Source: a virus
Direction: 5' to 3' (one strand)
Length of the DNA: 44,051 nucleotides
Virus record (IMG/VR): IMGVR_UViG_3300029705_000244
The first letter of the stretch is position 1. The number at the start of each line of letters is the position of its first letter. Of the stretch, positions 1 to 7,165 are shown one piece after another. Made by a program: the position numbers and the translations under genes. A model generated the notes under the pieces. It saw only the letters and a program-made list of their open reading frames with translations, did no database searches and was not told the DNA's origin.

Positions 1-127
1 AGAAGTGAAAACCGGGTATTATATGCGTACCCTTGGTTTGTATGCGATTGACCCTGACAAGGGTGAAATCTTATATGCGGTTGCAATCGAAACATCAGGT
101 AACTGTTATATGCCACCTTACAACGGT
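1..127. repeat. Terminal direct repeat identical to 43925-44051: closure overlap of a circular or circularly permuted genome (unit length 43924 bp)
   Basis: Bases 1-127 (agaagtgaaaaccggg...ccttacaacggt) recur exactly as the last 127 bases. The repeat lies inside one continuous reading frame. Confidence 0.9.
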
Positions 128-1570
128 GTTACTGTCACCGCTGCATACATTCAGTTGTATACCACAGTAGGAAATGCAGACAATGTTTCCCTTGAAGTCA
201 ATCCGGGTGCATACGCAACTATTGGTGACATTCAGGCATTGGAAGCAGAAATTGCAGACCTGAAAGCATTTGTTGGTTATACAGATGATGACATTTATGG
301 TGTTGAAGTGGATTTCACAAATAAGAAGTTCACACGTCTTGCGGGTGCGGTAGGTCGCACACCGGGTGAAGGTTTTGATTCTATTCAGGCATTTGGTGGA
401 AGAAAACTTTGTAACCTGACAAATGACGGTAAGGTTGTAGCATATCAGGGTGATGCAGCTTTCACAACCACTGGTAAGTTGACCATGGCGGTTGACCTTA
501 ACCCGGAAGGAACTGAAACACCTGACAGTGCTTTACAGTTTGCAGCGGGTACAATCGTTCAGACTATGGTTGAACAACCAAAGTTCTATTACAAGGTTGT
601 TCCACTTATCACTGAAAAGACAACCAAGGGTTCAATCATCCGCAAGGCACGTTGGTATGTGTCTGATACACCAAAGGCGGGATTCAAACTGCATCCTGAC
701 TTTATTGTGAACGGTGCAGAAAATGATTATTCTTATCATTCCGCATTTGAAGGTTCACTTTGGGATGCTTCTGCAAGTGCTTATATCTTGGATGATGCAC
801 AGGTTGCTGACTTTGCTGCTGATATGCTTGCAAGTATTGCAAATGCAAAACCGCTTTCAGGTCTTACACAGAACGCAACACGTGCAAACGTCAGAAAACT
901 TGCACAGAACCGTGGCACTGGTTGGGAACAGTTGACTGTTCAGGCTGCTTGTGCAACTGAAATCTTGATGTTGATTGAGTATGCAACCTTTAACACACAG
1001 GCTGCTATTGGAAACGGTGCGGTGTTCAAAACTGATGACGGTACTTCCAACATGGCAGAAAATACAGGTGCAACCGTTTCCCTTGGTAATAAGTCCGGGG
1101 CAGTCATCAATGACAACGGTATTCAGATTGTGTCCTATCGTGGTGAAGAAAACCCTTGGGGTAATATTTGGAAGTGGGTTGACGGTATCAATCGACACGT
1201 CACCGCAGATAGAAACATTGTCTATATTGCAGACCATGGTTTCAAGGATGACACAAGTGAAGCACCGTATGAAGATGCGGGAATTTCTGCTTGCACAAAA
1301 GAAGGTTACGTTTCCGCTTTCTGCTATTCAGAAGAATATGATTGGTTATTCATTGCCGGAGAAACAAACGGAAACAGTTCACTTCCTGTTGGTGATTATT
1401 TTTGGAACTATCAGGGAACTGTTTGGACGGTCGCTATACTCTGTGCGGGTTGGACTGATTCTTCTAAGGCGGGCGGTTTCTGTTGGCGTCTTCATTATGG
1501 TTCGGGTAGTCGTTATCGTATTGTTTCGGGTCGGTTGGTGTACCACAAGAGAACCGCAGTTGTTGCGTAA
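2..1570 (+). CDS. Tail fibre protein, C-terminal part (continues 43689-43924 across the circular junction). The C-terminal lectin-like domain carries the DGR variable region.
   Basis: ORF 5..1570 is in frame with 43689..44051 through the 127-bp overlap. It sits after the XkdT/XkdU-like baseplate genes. The C-terminus (...AGWTDSSKAGGFCWRLHYGSGSRYRIVSGRLVY) resembles DGR target C-type-lectin/FGE-like folds and contains the VR. Confidence 0.85.
   Translation, partial: EVKTGYYMRTLGLYAIDPDKGEILYAVAIETSGNCYMPPYNGVTVTAAYIQLYTTVGNADNVSLEVNPGAYATIGDIQALEAEIADLKAFVGYTDDDIYGVEVDFTNKKFTRLAGAVGRTPGEGFDSIQAFGGRKLCNLTNDGKVVAYQGDAAFTTTGKLTMAVDLNPEGTETPDSALQFAAGTIVQTMVEQPKFYYKVVPLITEKTTKGSIIRKARWYVSDTPKAGFKLHPDFIVNGAENDYSYHSAFEGSLWDASASAYILDDAQVADFAADMLASIANAKPLSGLTQNATRANVRKLAQNRGTGWEQLTVQAACATEILMLIEYATFNTQAAIGNGAVFKTDDGTSNMAENTGATVSLGNKSGAVINDNGIQIVSYRGEENPWGNIWKWVDGINRHVTADRNIVYIADHGFKDDTSEAPYEDAGISACTKEGYVSAFCYSEEYDWLFIAGETNGNSSLPVGDYFWNYQGTVWTVAILCAGWTDSSKAGGFCWRLHYGSGSRYRIVSGRLVYHKRTAVVA
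1428..1542 (+). repeat. DGR variable region (VR) at the 3' end of the tail-fibre gene
   Basis: Aligns without gaps to 1688-1802 (offset 260). There are 25 differences and every one is at a position where the template copy has A. Confidence 0.93.
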
Positions 1571-1687
1571 CCGCTGCATAGCAGCATGACTATATATTTG
1601 TAAGGTAGTCAGTTTGAATATACAGATGACATTATCAATTTAACCATGAATGAAACAAATCCTTGCTGAAAAAGTGAAAAAGCAATT

Positions 1688-1802
1688 CAGTCACTAAACT
1701 CAGTGCGAATTGGAATAATTCTTCTAAAGCGGGCAGTTTCTATTGGAATCTTAATAATGGTTCAGGTAATCGTAATCGTAATATTTCAGGTCAGTTAGTA
1801 AA
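1688..1802 (+). repeat. DGR template repeat (TR), non-coding, between the tail-fibre stop and the RT gene
   Basis: 115-bp near-copy of the VR. Read in the VR frame it gives VTKLSANWNNSSKAGSFYWNLNNGSGNRNRNISGQLV with nine AAT (Asn) codons, the typical adenine-rich diversification template. Confidence 0.93.
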
Positions 1803-1809
1803 TGCACTA

Positions 1810-1839
1810 AACACCCCACTTGTTTTCAGGTGGGGTGTT
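1810..1839 (+). other. Perfect 10-bp GC-rich hairpin immediately 3' of the TR (candidate DGR RNA structural element)
   Basis: aacaccccac (1810-1819) / gtggggtgtt (1830-1839) with a 10-nt loop ttgttttcag. It lies in the TR-RT spacer. Confidence 0.6.
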
Positions 1840-1976
1840 GTTATTTCAAAAATCAATGCTTATACCCTGACTACCGTGCCACTTGGCAAAAAAACTTAAA
1901 ATTACAAGACTGTATTAGTAGACCGTCACAAGCGGGTTGAAAGTTCGGTCTTAGTGCATACAAAGAAGGGAACAAC

Positions 1977-3185
1977 GTGAAACGTTATGGCAACATATAT
2001 GACAAAATCTGTTCAATGGAAAACCTTGAACTTGCGTACAAAAATGCAAAGAAAGGAAAAGGGTGGTACAGAGAAGTAAGAGAAATTGAAGCAAATCCAC
2101 AGTATTACTTGGAACTGCTGCAATCCATGTTGAAAAATCACACCTATCAAACATCAGAGTATTCCACATTTATGAAGAAAGACGGTAGGAAAGAAAGGGA
2201 AATATACAAACTTCCATTCTTCCCGGACAGAATCGCACAGTGGGCGGTCTTGCAGATAATTGAACCGCAGTTGTTGGCATACTTCACTGATGACACCTAT
2301 TCCGCAATACCAAACAAAGGTATTCATGCAGCTTTCAGAAAGTTGCGAAAAGCAGTTGATGAACACCCGGAAGAAATGACCTACTGTTTGAAAATCGACT
2401 GCAAGAAATTCTACCCTTCTATTGACCATGACATACTAAAGCAGAAGTTCAGGAAGAAATACAAAGACCCTGAACTATTGTTTTTGATTGATGAAATTAT
2501 TGACAGTATCAACACTTGCCCGGCAACGGAAGAAAACATTGACTTCTATGCGGGACAGGGAAAAGAAATCAAGATTGTGACCGGGGATAACGGTCAGGAA
2601 TTTATTGACGGTATCGGCATACCGATAGGGAATTATTTTTCACAATATGCCGGGAATTTTTATCTGACGGAATTTGACCACTGGATGAAAGAGGTCAAGC
2701 ACGTTAAGCACTATTACAGGTACATGGATGATATTTGTATTTTCGCATCATCCAAAGAAGAACTGCACCAGTTACTTCAAGAAATTGAAGAATATTTGAA
2801 CACTAAGTTGAACTTACGTCTGAAAGGTAACTATCAAATCTTTCCTTCATTCATCAGAGGTGTTGACTTTGTTGGGTATAGGATTTTCTTAGATTATACA
2901 CTGCTTAGAAAATCCACCTGTCAGCAGTTCAAACAGAAGATGACCGCAATCAGGAAGAAAATTGAAAGCGGTCAGGAAATGAACTATTCAGAATGGTGTT
3001 CAATCAATTCATATAAGGGTTGGTTGAAACATTGTGACAGTTACCGATTGACTGAAAAATATATTGTGCCTATTCAGCCTTATGCTGATGAATATTATAA
3101 AAACCATATCAAGGCAAAAAAGAAAAAGAAAGGTGGTAAGAACCATGCAGCAGTACGGAAAAGTGAGAAGTACGCAGCAGCCTGA
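1977..3185 (+). CDS. DGR-type reverse transcriptase
   Basis: GTG start after gaaggg. The N-terminus YGNIYDKICSMENLELAYKNAKKGK is typical. RT motifs include IPIGNYFSQYAGNFYL (the DGR-type IGxxxSQ signature) and YRYMDDICIF (YxDD box). It is adjacent to the TR. Confidence 0.95.
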   Translation: MKRYGNIYDKICSMENLELAYKNAKKGKGWYREVREIEANPQYYLELLQSMLKNHTYQTSEYSTFMKKDGRKEREIYKLPFFPDRIAQWAVLQIIEPQLLAYFTDDTYSAIPNKGIHAAFRKLRKAVDEHPEEMTYCLKIDCKKFYPSIDHDILKQKFRKKYKDPELLFLIDEIIDSINTCPATEENIDFYAGQGKEIKIVTGDNGQEFIDGIGIPIGNYFSQYAGNFYLTEFDHWMKEVKHVKHYYRYMDDICIFASSKEELHQLLQEIEEYLNTKLNLRLKGNYQIFPSFIRGVDFVGYRIFLDYTLLRKSTCQQFKQKMTAIRKKIESGQEMNYSEWCSINSYKGWLKHCDSYRLTEKYIVPIQPYADEYYKNHIKAKKKKKGGKNHAAVRKSEKYAAA

Positions 3186-3411
3186 AACACAGGTCATTGA
3201 TGAATACAGTGTTTGGGTTGCAGAAAACATCACCCCGGTGAGTGAACCGGGAACAGATGAACAACCGGGTTTTGTTGGTTATGAATATGACCTGACCCAG
3301 TACACCAAGGATGAATACATCAAGATGATTGATGAAAAGAACGCAGCCTTGGAAACACAGGTTACTGACACGCAGCTTGCGTTGTGTGAAGTCTATGAAA
3401 TGTTGGCATAA
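3145..3411 (+). CDS. Hypothetical acidic protein downstream of tail fibre/DGR, in the position of xkdW-like tail-fibre accessory genes
   Basis: ATG at 3145 follows aggtgg by 8 nt and overlaps the RT 3' end by 41 nt. Protein MQQYGKVRSTQQPE...DTQLALCEVYEMLA. The longer track ORF from 3064 lacks an RBS. Confidence 0.6.
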   Translation: MQQYGKVRSTQQPETQVIDEYSVWVAENITPVSEPGTDEQPGFVGYEYDLTQYTKDEYIKMIDEKNAALETQVTDTQLALCEVYEMLA

Positions 3412-3428
3412 GGAAGGGGTGAAGAATC

Positions 3429-3536
3429 ATGGCAAAAGTTTATGCTGACCTTATCCGCAAGGGTTTGAAAACGATTGATGACGTGCCGGACAAACTCAAA
3501 GATGAAGTTCAGGCAATCTTGGACGGTGATAACTGA
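3429..3536 (+). CDS. Small conserved-looking phage protein (35 aa), paralog of 3587-3715
   Basis: MAKVYADLIRKGLKTIDDVPDKLKDEVQAILDGDN, with RBS aaggggtgaag upstream. Shares the motif YAxLIxKGxKxxxDVPDxxKxxVxxIL with the next ORF. Below the ORF-track length cut-off. Confidence 0.55.
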   Translation: MAKVYADLIRKGLKTIDDVPDKLKDEVQAILDGDN

Positions 3537-3586
3537 TGCTTAGTCAGATTATCATAAAAATACTATTCAGAAAGGATGTGGGTGAA

Positions 3587-3715
3587 ATGGCAGTAGTTTA
3601 TGCAACTTTGATTGTCAAGGGTAAGAAGTCTTATGCTGACGTACCTGACAGAATCAAGGAACAGGTCAAAGAAATCCTGATTGATTTGGACTGTTCTGAC
3701 CTTGTTACTGAATAA
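3587..3715 (+). CDS. Small phage protein (42 aa), paralog of 3429-3536
   Basis: MAVVYATLIVKGKKSYADVPDRIKEQVKEILIDLDCSDLVTE, with RBS aaaggatgtgggtga upstream. Confidence 0.55.
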   Translation: MAVVYATLIVKGKKSYADVPDRIKEQVKEILIDLDCSDLVTE

Positions 3716-3739
3716 GACAAGGAAATTATCAAGCACACT

Positions 3740-3787
3740 AAAACAACCGCTATATGACGATTATATGAGGTCATAGGCGGTTGTTTT
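3740..3787 (+). terminator. Rho-independent terminator
   Basis: Arms aaaacaaccgc / gcggttgtttt with an inner tatgac/gtcata stem, ending in a T-run. Confidence 0.7.
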
Positions 3788-3812
3788 GCGTGTAGAAAGT
3801 AGGTGAAAAGTA

Positions 3813-4133
3813 ATGGTATCAATCCAAGCAGTGATTACAATGGTTATTTCCATTATTTCAGTAACAGTTGCGGTTATTTCAGCAGTAATTGCAATCAGAC
3901 GAAACAAGACCGCAGATGACAAAAGGGAAGCAACGGAAATGACAACAGTGATTGTGGAACTGAAACAAATCAGTAAGGACACCGGGGAAATCAAGAATGA
4001 TGTGAAAAGTGTCAAGTCTGATGTGAAGCACAACACTGAACAAATTATCAGGCTTGATGAAAGTCTGAAATCCGCATGGAGAGCAATCAATAAATTGCAA
4101 GACAAGGAAGGGGCTGATTCCCATGTGGACTGA
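3813..4133 (+). CDS. Membrane-anchored coiled-coil protein of the lysis region (N-terminal TM helix)
   Basis: RBS aggtga 6 nt upstream. N-terminus VITMVISIISVTVAVISAVIAI is hydrophobic and the rest is charged coiled-coil. Position is just before the holin/endolysin. Confidence 0.6.
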   Translation: MVSIQAVITMVISIISVTVAVISAVIAIRRNKTADDKREATEMTTVIVELKQISKDTGEIKNDVKSVKSDVKHNTEQIIRLDESLKSAWRAINKLQDKEGADSHVD

Positions 4134-4536
4134 AAAGGAAGTCAGACAGTTGGAACGCAAAGACCGCATTGAAGCGGTCTTGCACCACAGGAAGATGCGA
4201 AAAATCGAACTTAAAGCCCAAAAGAAGAAATACAGTAATTCAATGGTTTGGGTTTGGGAGTTTTCAAAGAAACTGGTGCTGATTTGTTCAGCACTATACA
4301 TTTTCAGTTTCTTTTATTCATGCGTGGTTATGTGGAAATTCTTTGATTTCACATACCTTGGTACATTCATTGAACAGGCAAGTGACATTTTGAAAACGTG
4401 CGTATTTGGTTACTTTGTCAAAGCGGGTGTTGAAAATGTTTTCAAGATTGCAAGTTCAAAGTTGAACAAAAGAACTGAACAGGATGATGCGGGTGCAACT
4501 GTTGCACCTGACGGTGAAGAAAGTGAGGAAAAATAG
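4123..4536 (+). CDS. Membrane protein of the lysis region (holin-associated?)
   Basis: RBS ggaagggg upstream. Basic N-terminus, then hydrophobic segments (LVLICSALYIFSFFYSCVVMW), then an acidic tail. Confidence 0.55.
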   Translation: MWTEKEVRQLERKDRIEAVLHHRKMRKIELKAQKKKYSNSMVWVWEFSKKLVLICSALYIFSFFYSCVVMWKFFDFTYLGTFIEQASDILKTCVFGYFVKAGVENVFKIASSKLNKRTEQDDAGATVAPDGEESEEK

Positions 4537-4538
4537 AA

Positions 4539-4856
4539 ATGGACTACATGACAATTATCAGTCAGGTACTTCTTATTGTGGGAATCCTGACACTTTTTGT
4601 AAACATCATCACAGAGGTAATGAAGAACACCTTTGGAATCTTAAAGGGTTCAAAGGTCATCAACGTGTTTGTGCTGATTCTGTCATTAGTGGCAACAGTT
4701 GGTGTGTTCCTTGCCTACTGGGAGATTAAACAGTTAGAAATCACATGGTACATCATTGCAGCTTTCATTGTTGTGGGCTTTTTGGTTGCCTATGCTGCAA
4801 TGTTTGGGTATGACAAATTACTGAAACATTTTGAGAAAGGGACAGGTGGAAAATAA
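4539..4856 (+). CDS. Holin (about 3 TM segments)
   Basis: 105 aa with three hydrophobic stretches and a charged C-terminus (KLLKHFEKGTGGK). Its stop overlaps the endolysin ATG. Confidence 0.75.
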   Translation: MDYMTIISQVLLIVGILTLFVNIITEVMKNTFGILKGSKVINVFVLILSLVATVGVFLAYWEIKQLEITWYIIAAFIVVGFLVAYAAMFGYDKLLKHFEKGTGGK

Positions 4857-5707
4857 TGAATATTATCGAAAAAATCATCAGCATTGCAAAGGCTGAAATT
4901 GGTACTTGTGAACCGTCAGGTGATGACAAGTATATCAAAGTTTACAATGCACTTTCAGGTGCGGGGTTCAATATGGCGGTTGCGTGGTGTGCAATCTTTG
5001 TGACTTGGGTGATGTATACTGCCGGAGTTGCAAAAAGCATTGTCCCATACTTTGCATCATGTGACATTGGTATGAACTGGTTCAAGAAAAAAGGTCTTTG
5101 GAAAAATGGCAAGGCATACGGTGGAAATTACACACCAAAAAAGGGTGATGTGATTTTCTTTTCATCCAAACATAATCAGAATGATTCAACGCACACTGGT
5201 ATTGTAACAGGTACGTCAGGCAATAAAGTCCATACGATTGAAGGAAACACGTCTGATGCGGTACATGAAAGAACCTATGATATGGGTGATGCGTATATCC
5301 TTGGCTATGGATGCCCTGAATACGGTGTGACGGTTGAAAAGACAGAAGATGATGTTGCAACTTCCGGCTATGAAACGTATACTGTAAAGAAAGGGGATTG
5401 TCTTTGGGGGATTGCTGCAAAGTACCTTGGTAACGGCAACCGCTACAAAGAAATTATGACCCTGAACAGTTTAACCAGTACAACAATCCACACTGGTCTT
5501 GTCCTGATGATTCCGGGAACAAATAAGAAAGCGGAAGAAGCAGCAAGTTCAGTCAGAACCTATACAGTGGTTCGTGGTGATTCCCTTTGGAAGATTGCCA
5601 CAAAACTTCTTGGTAAGGGTTCACGTTACAAGGAAATTATGCAGCTTTCCGGCATCAGTTCCACATTGATTCATGCGGGTCAGGTGCTTACTGTTCCTGA
5701 AAAATAG
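4856..5707 (+). CDS. Endolysin: CHAP-type peptidase/amidase domain plus two LysM repeats
   Basis: N-terminal Cys/His motifs (WCAIFVTWV ... STHTGIV ... EGNTSD). Two LysM repeats (YTVKKGDCLWGIAAKYLGNGNRYKEIMTLN..., YTVVRGDSLWKIATKLLGKGSRYKEIMQLS...). Confidence 0.9.
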   Translation: MNIIEKIISIAKAEIGTCEPSGDDKYIKVYNALSGAGFNMAVAWCAIFVTWVMYTAGVAKSIVPYFASCDIGMNWFKKKGLWKNGKAYGGNYTPKKGDVIFFSSKHNQNDSTHTGIVTGTSGNKVHTIEGNTSDAVHERTYDMGDAYILGYGCPEYGVTVEKTEDDVATSGYETYTVKKGDCLWGIAAKYLGNGNRYKEIMTLNSLTSTTIHTGLVLMIPGTNKKAEEAASSVRTYTVVRGDSLWKIATKLLGKGSRYKEIMQLSGISSTLIHAGQVLTVPEK

Positions 5708-5974
5708 AAGTTCATTTTTGTTCAATGTGCATGAGAACTGAACTTCTTACTGGTTGCTTACAAATTGCCTGAAAAGGCTTTATTTTAGGGGGTCTGTACT
5801 TATGCAAGAGATAATGCAGAACCCCTTGAAACAAGGGAAAATGCAGAAAAGTCAAGGTGTTCATCTTTGTTCATCTTGCACAATCCTTGTAACGCTTCTT
5901 ACAAGTTGCTTACAGGTTGCTTACAAAATAAAGGCAAAAATCAACCCCGGTGCATTACGCACTGGGGTCTTTTT
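5708..5974. other. Candidate attP region (non-coding, repeat-rich, between endolysin and integrase)
   Basis: No convincing ORF. Short direct repeats: gttgcttaca at 5753, 5905 and 5916; gttcatctt x2 at 5859-5877; aatgcagaa x2 at 5813/5839. Hairpin agaagttca/tgaacttct at 5707-5749. This is the classical attP position next to int. Confidence 0.45.
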
Positions 5975-5977
5975 TTA
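5944..5977. terminator. Bidirectional rho-independent terminator between the lysis operon and int
   Basis: accccggtgc-atta-gcactggggt, followed by ttttttt on the + strand and preceded by an A-rich run (gatttttg when read on the - strand). Confidence 0.7.
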
Positions 5978-7036
5978 TATCTTATCAATGGCTTCTATCA
6001 GTTGTTGAATCTCAAAATGAGTGTAGACGATTTCTGTTACACCTTGCCCCTTGTGTCCCACAATCTTCTTGATAATCTTATCATCCACCCCGGCAGCAGT
6101 CAGCAGTGTAACAGTGGTGTGGCGGGTGTCATGTGGTCGGTGGTCAGGCATCCCCATTTGGTCAACCATAGGTTTCCAGTAGGAATCATAATAATTGCGG
6201 TATTCAAAGTGTTTTGCATCAGGTGTTGACAGAAGGTATTCACAATCGTTCTTGGTCATCCAGTATTCAAAGTATGGTATCAGTTTTTGTGCAATCGGTA
6301 CTTTTCTAATACCCGCTTCCGTTTTGGATGCAATCACATCAAACCACCGTTCTTCAAGGTTCACGTTCTCTTTTTTCAGGTCAAGCAGTTCACTGATTCG
6401 TACCCCGGTATAAATAAGCATCAGGACAACGGTGAAGTATTCATTGGTATCTTTCCACTTCCAAACCTTTGTGATTTCATCAGTGCTGAACGGTTTCCTG
6501 TCATATTTGTTTGGATTGCGGTCTTTGTACTGGTTTATATCAACGTATTGTGCATAGTCCTTTGCACAAATGTCATTCTGCATTGCGAACTTATAAAGCA
6601 TGGTAAACAGAACTTTGAGTTTCCGCAGTGTTGGGTAATTCTTGCCGGAATCATCAACCACACCTTGCAGATGACTTTTTCTAATATCATTGAACCGCAT
6701 GGACTTGATTGGTTCACAAAGAAGGTATGAAGCATTATACCCCTGAATATTGGACTTGGAAACCTTTGGGTAATGTTCCGCAGACCATTTTTCAAAGACT
6801 TCCGCAAAGGTGATTTTATTGGCATCCATATCATACGGATTTTCATTGAAGTGTGCCAAAGCAACCAGTGCTTCACTTTGGGTTTCATAGTAACCCAAGT
6901 ATTTGTATTTCCAGTGAGTTCTTCCGTCCTTTCCTTCTTTTCTTGACACGGTGATTCTGACCGCCCAAGGTTTTCTTCTGTTTCCGGGCAGTTTGTAAAC
7001 TGACCCATAACCGTTTGGTAATTTCATTGTATTCAT
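5975..7036 (-). CDS. int: Tyrosine integrase (site-specific recombinase, phage integrase family)
   Basis: Catalytic motifs TGVRISELLDL, HDTRHTTVT (HxxR) and GH...IVYTH (Tyr). The N-terminal arm-binding-like domain has PNGYGSVYKLPGNRRKPW. An alternative start at 7027 (MKLPNG) has better SD spacing. Confidence 0.93.
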   Translation of the reverse strand: MNTMKLPNGYGSVYKLPGNRRKPWAVRITVSRKEGKDGRTHWKYKYLGYYETQSEALVALAHFNENPYDMDANKITFAEVFEKWSAEHYPKVSKSNIQGYNASYLLCEPIKSMRFNDIRKSHLQGVVDDSGKNYPTLRKLKVLFTMLYKFAMQNDICAKDYAQYVDINQYKDRNPNKYDRKPFSTDEITKVWKWKDTNEYFTVVLMLIYTGVRISELLDLKKENVNLEERWFDVIASKTEAGIRKVPIAQKLIPYFEYWMTKNDCEYLLSTPDAKHFEYRNYYDSYWKPMVDQMGMPDHRPHDTRHTTVTLLTAAGVDDKIIKKIVGHKGQGVTEIVYTHFEIQQLIEAIDKI

Positions 7037-7086
7037 CCTTTCTTGATTGAAATTTCAAGGGTTGGATGATATAATATTGTTTGCAT
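7033..7086 (-). CDS. Possible 17-codon upstream ORF (MQTILYHPTLEISIKKG) overlapping the int start (ATGA)
   Basis: ATG at 7086-7084 and TGA at 7035-7033, overlapping the int ATG 7036-7034. Its initiation region is homologous to that of ORF 8331. There is no other support. Confidence 0.25.
   Translation of the reverse strand: MQTILYHPTLEISIKKG
7047..7075 (+). promoter_or_regulatory. Near-consensus sigma-A type promoter with extended -10
   Basis: TTGAAA (7047-7052), 17-nt spacer, TGaTATAAT (7067-7075). Confidence 0.6.
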
Positions 7087-7163
7087 AGTCCTATATCACC
7101 CTATTCCTTGATGTAGGTTTGTAACTGACCCTGACCGCTGCAACGGTTGGGGTCAATTTTTTT
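7082..7163 (+). ncRNA. Candidate small antisense RNA (about 80 nt) running from promoter 7047-7075 to an intrinsic terminator
   Basis: No ORF on the + strand. An 11-bp stem 7127-7137/7144-7154 (two pairs are G.U only in the + strand RNA), loop CUGCAA, then AAUUUUUUU (7155-7163). The 5' half contains CCCUAUUCCUUGAU (anti-SD-like). It is antisense to the int leader. Confidence 0.45.
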
Positions 7164-7165
7164 GG

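Noticed and set aside
1-127. The terminal repeat, considered as a biological direct terminal repeat (DTR)
   Set aside because: It falls in the middle of an essential ORF and the terminase looks PBSX/pac-type. An assembly closure overlap is the simpler explanation.
3064-3411. The ORF just after the RT, considered as the missing DGR accessory protein (Avd)
   Set aside because: The likely product (from ATG 3145) is acidic, whereas Avd proteins are basic helical-bundle proteins. It lies downstream of the RT, where xkdW-like tail-fibre accessory genes sit in related tail modules. Only a structure or profile search could settle this.
5754-6229. Track ORFs 5754-6008 and 5867-6229 (+) in the attP/int region
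   Set aside because: They have no RBS and low-complexity or odd composition. One is antisense to the well-supported integrase gene and both span the terminator hairpin.
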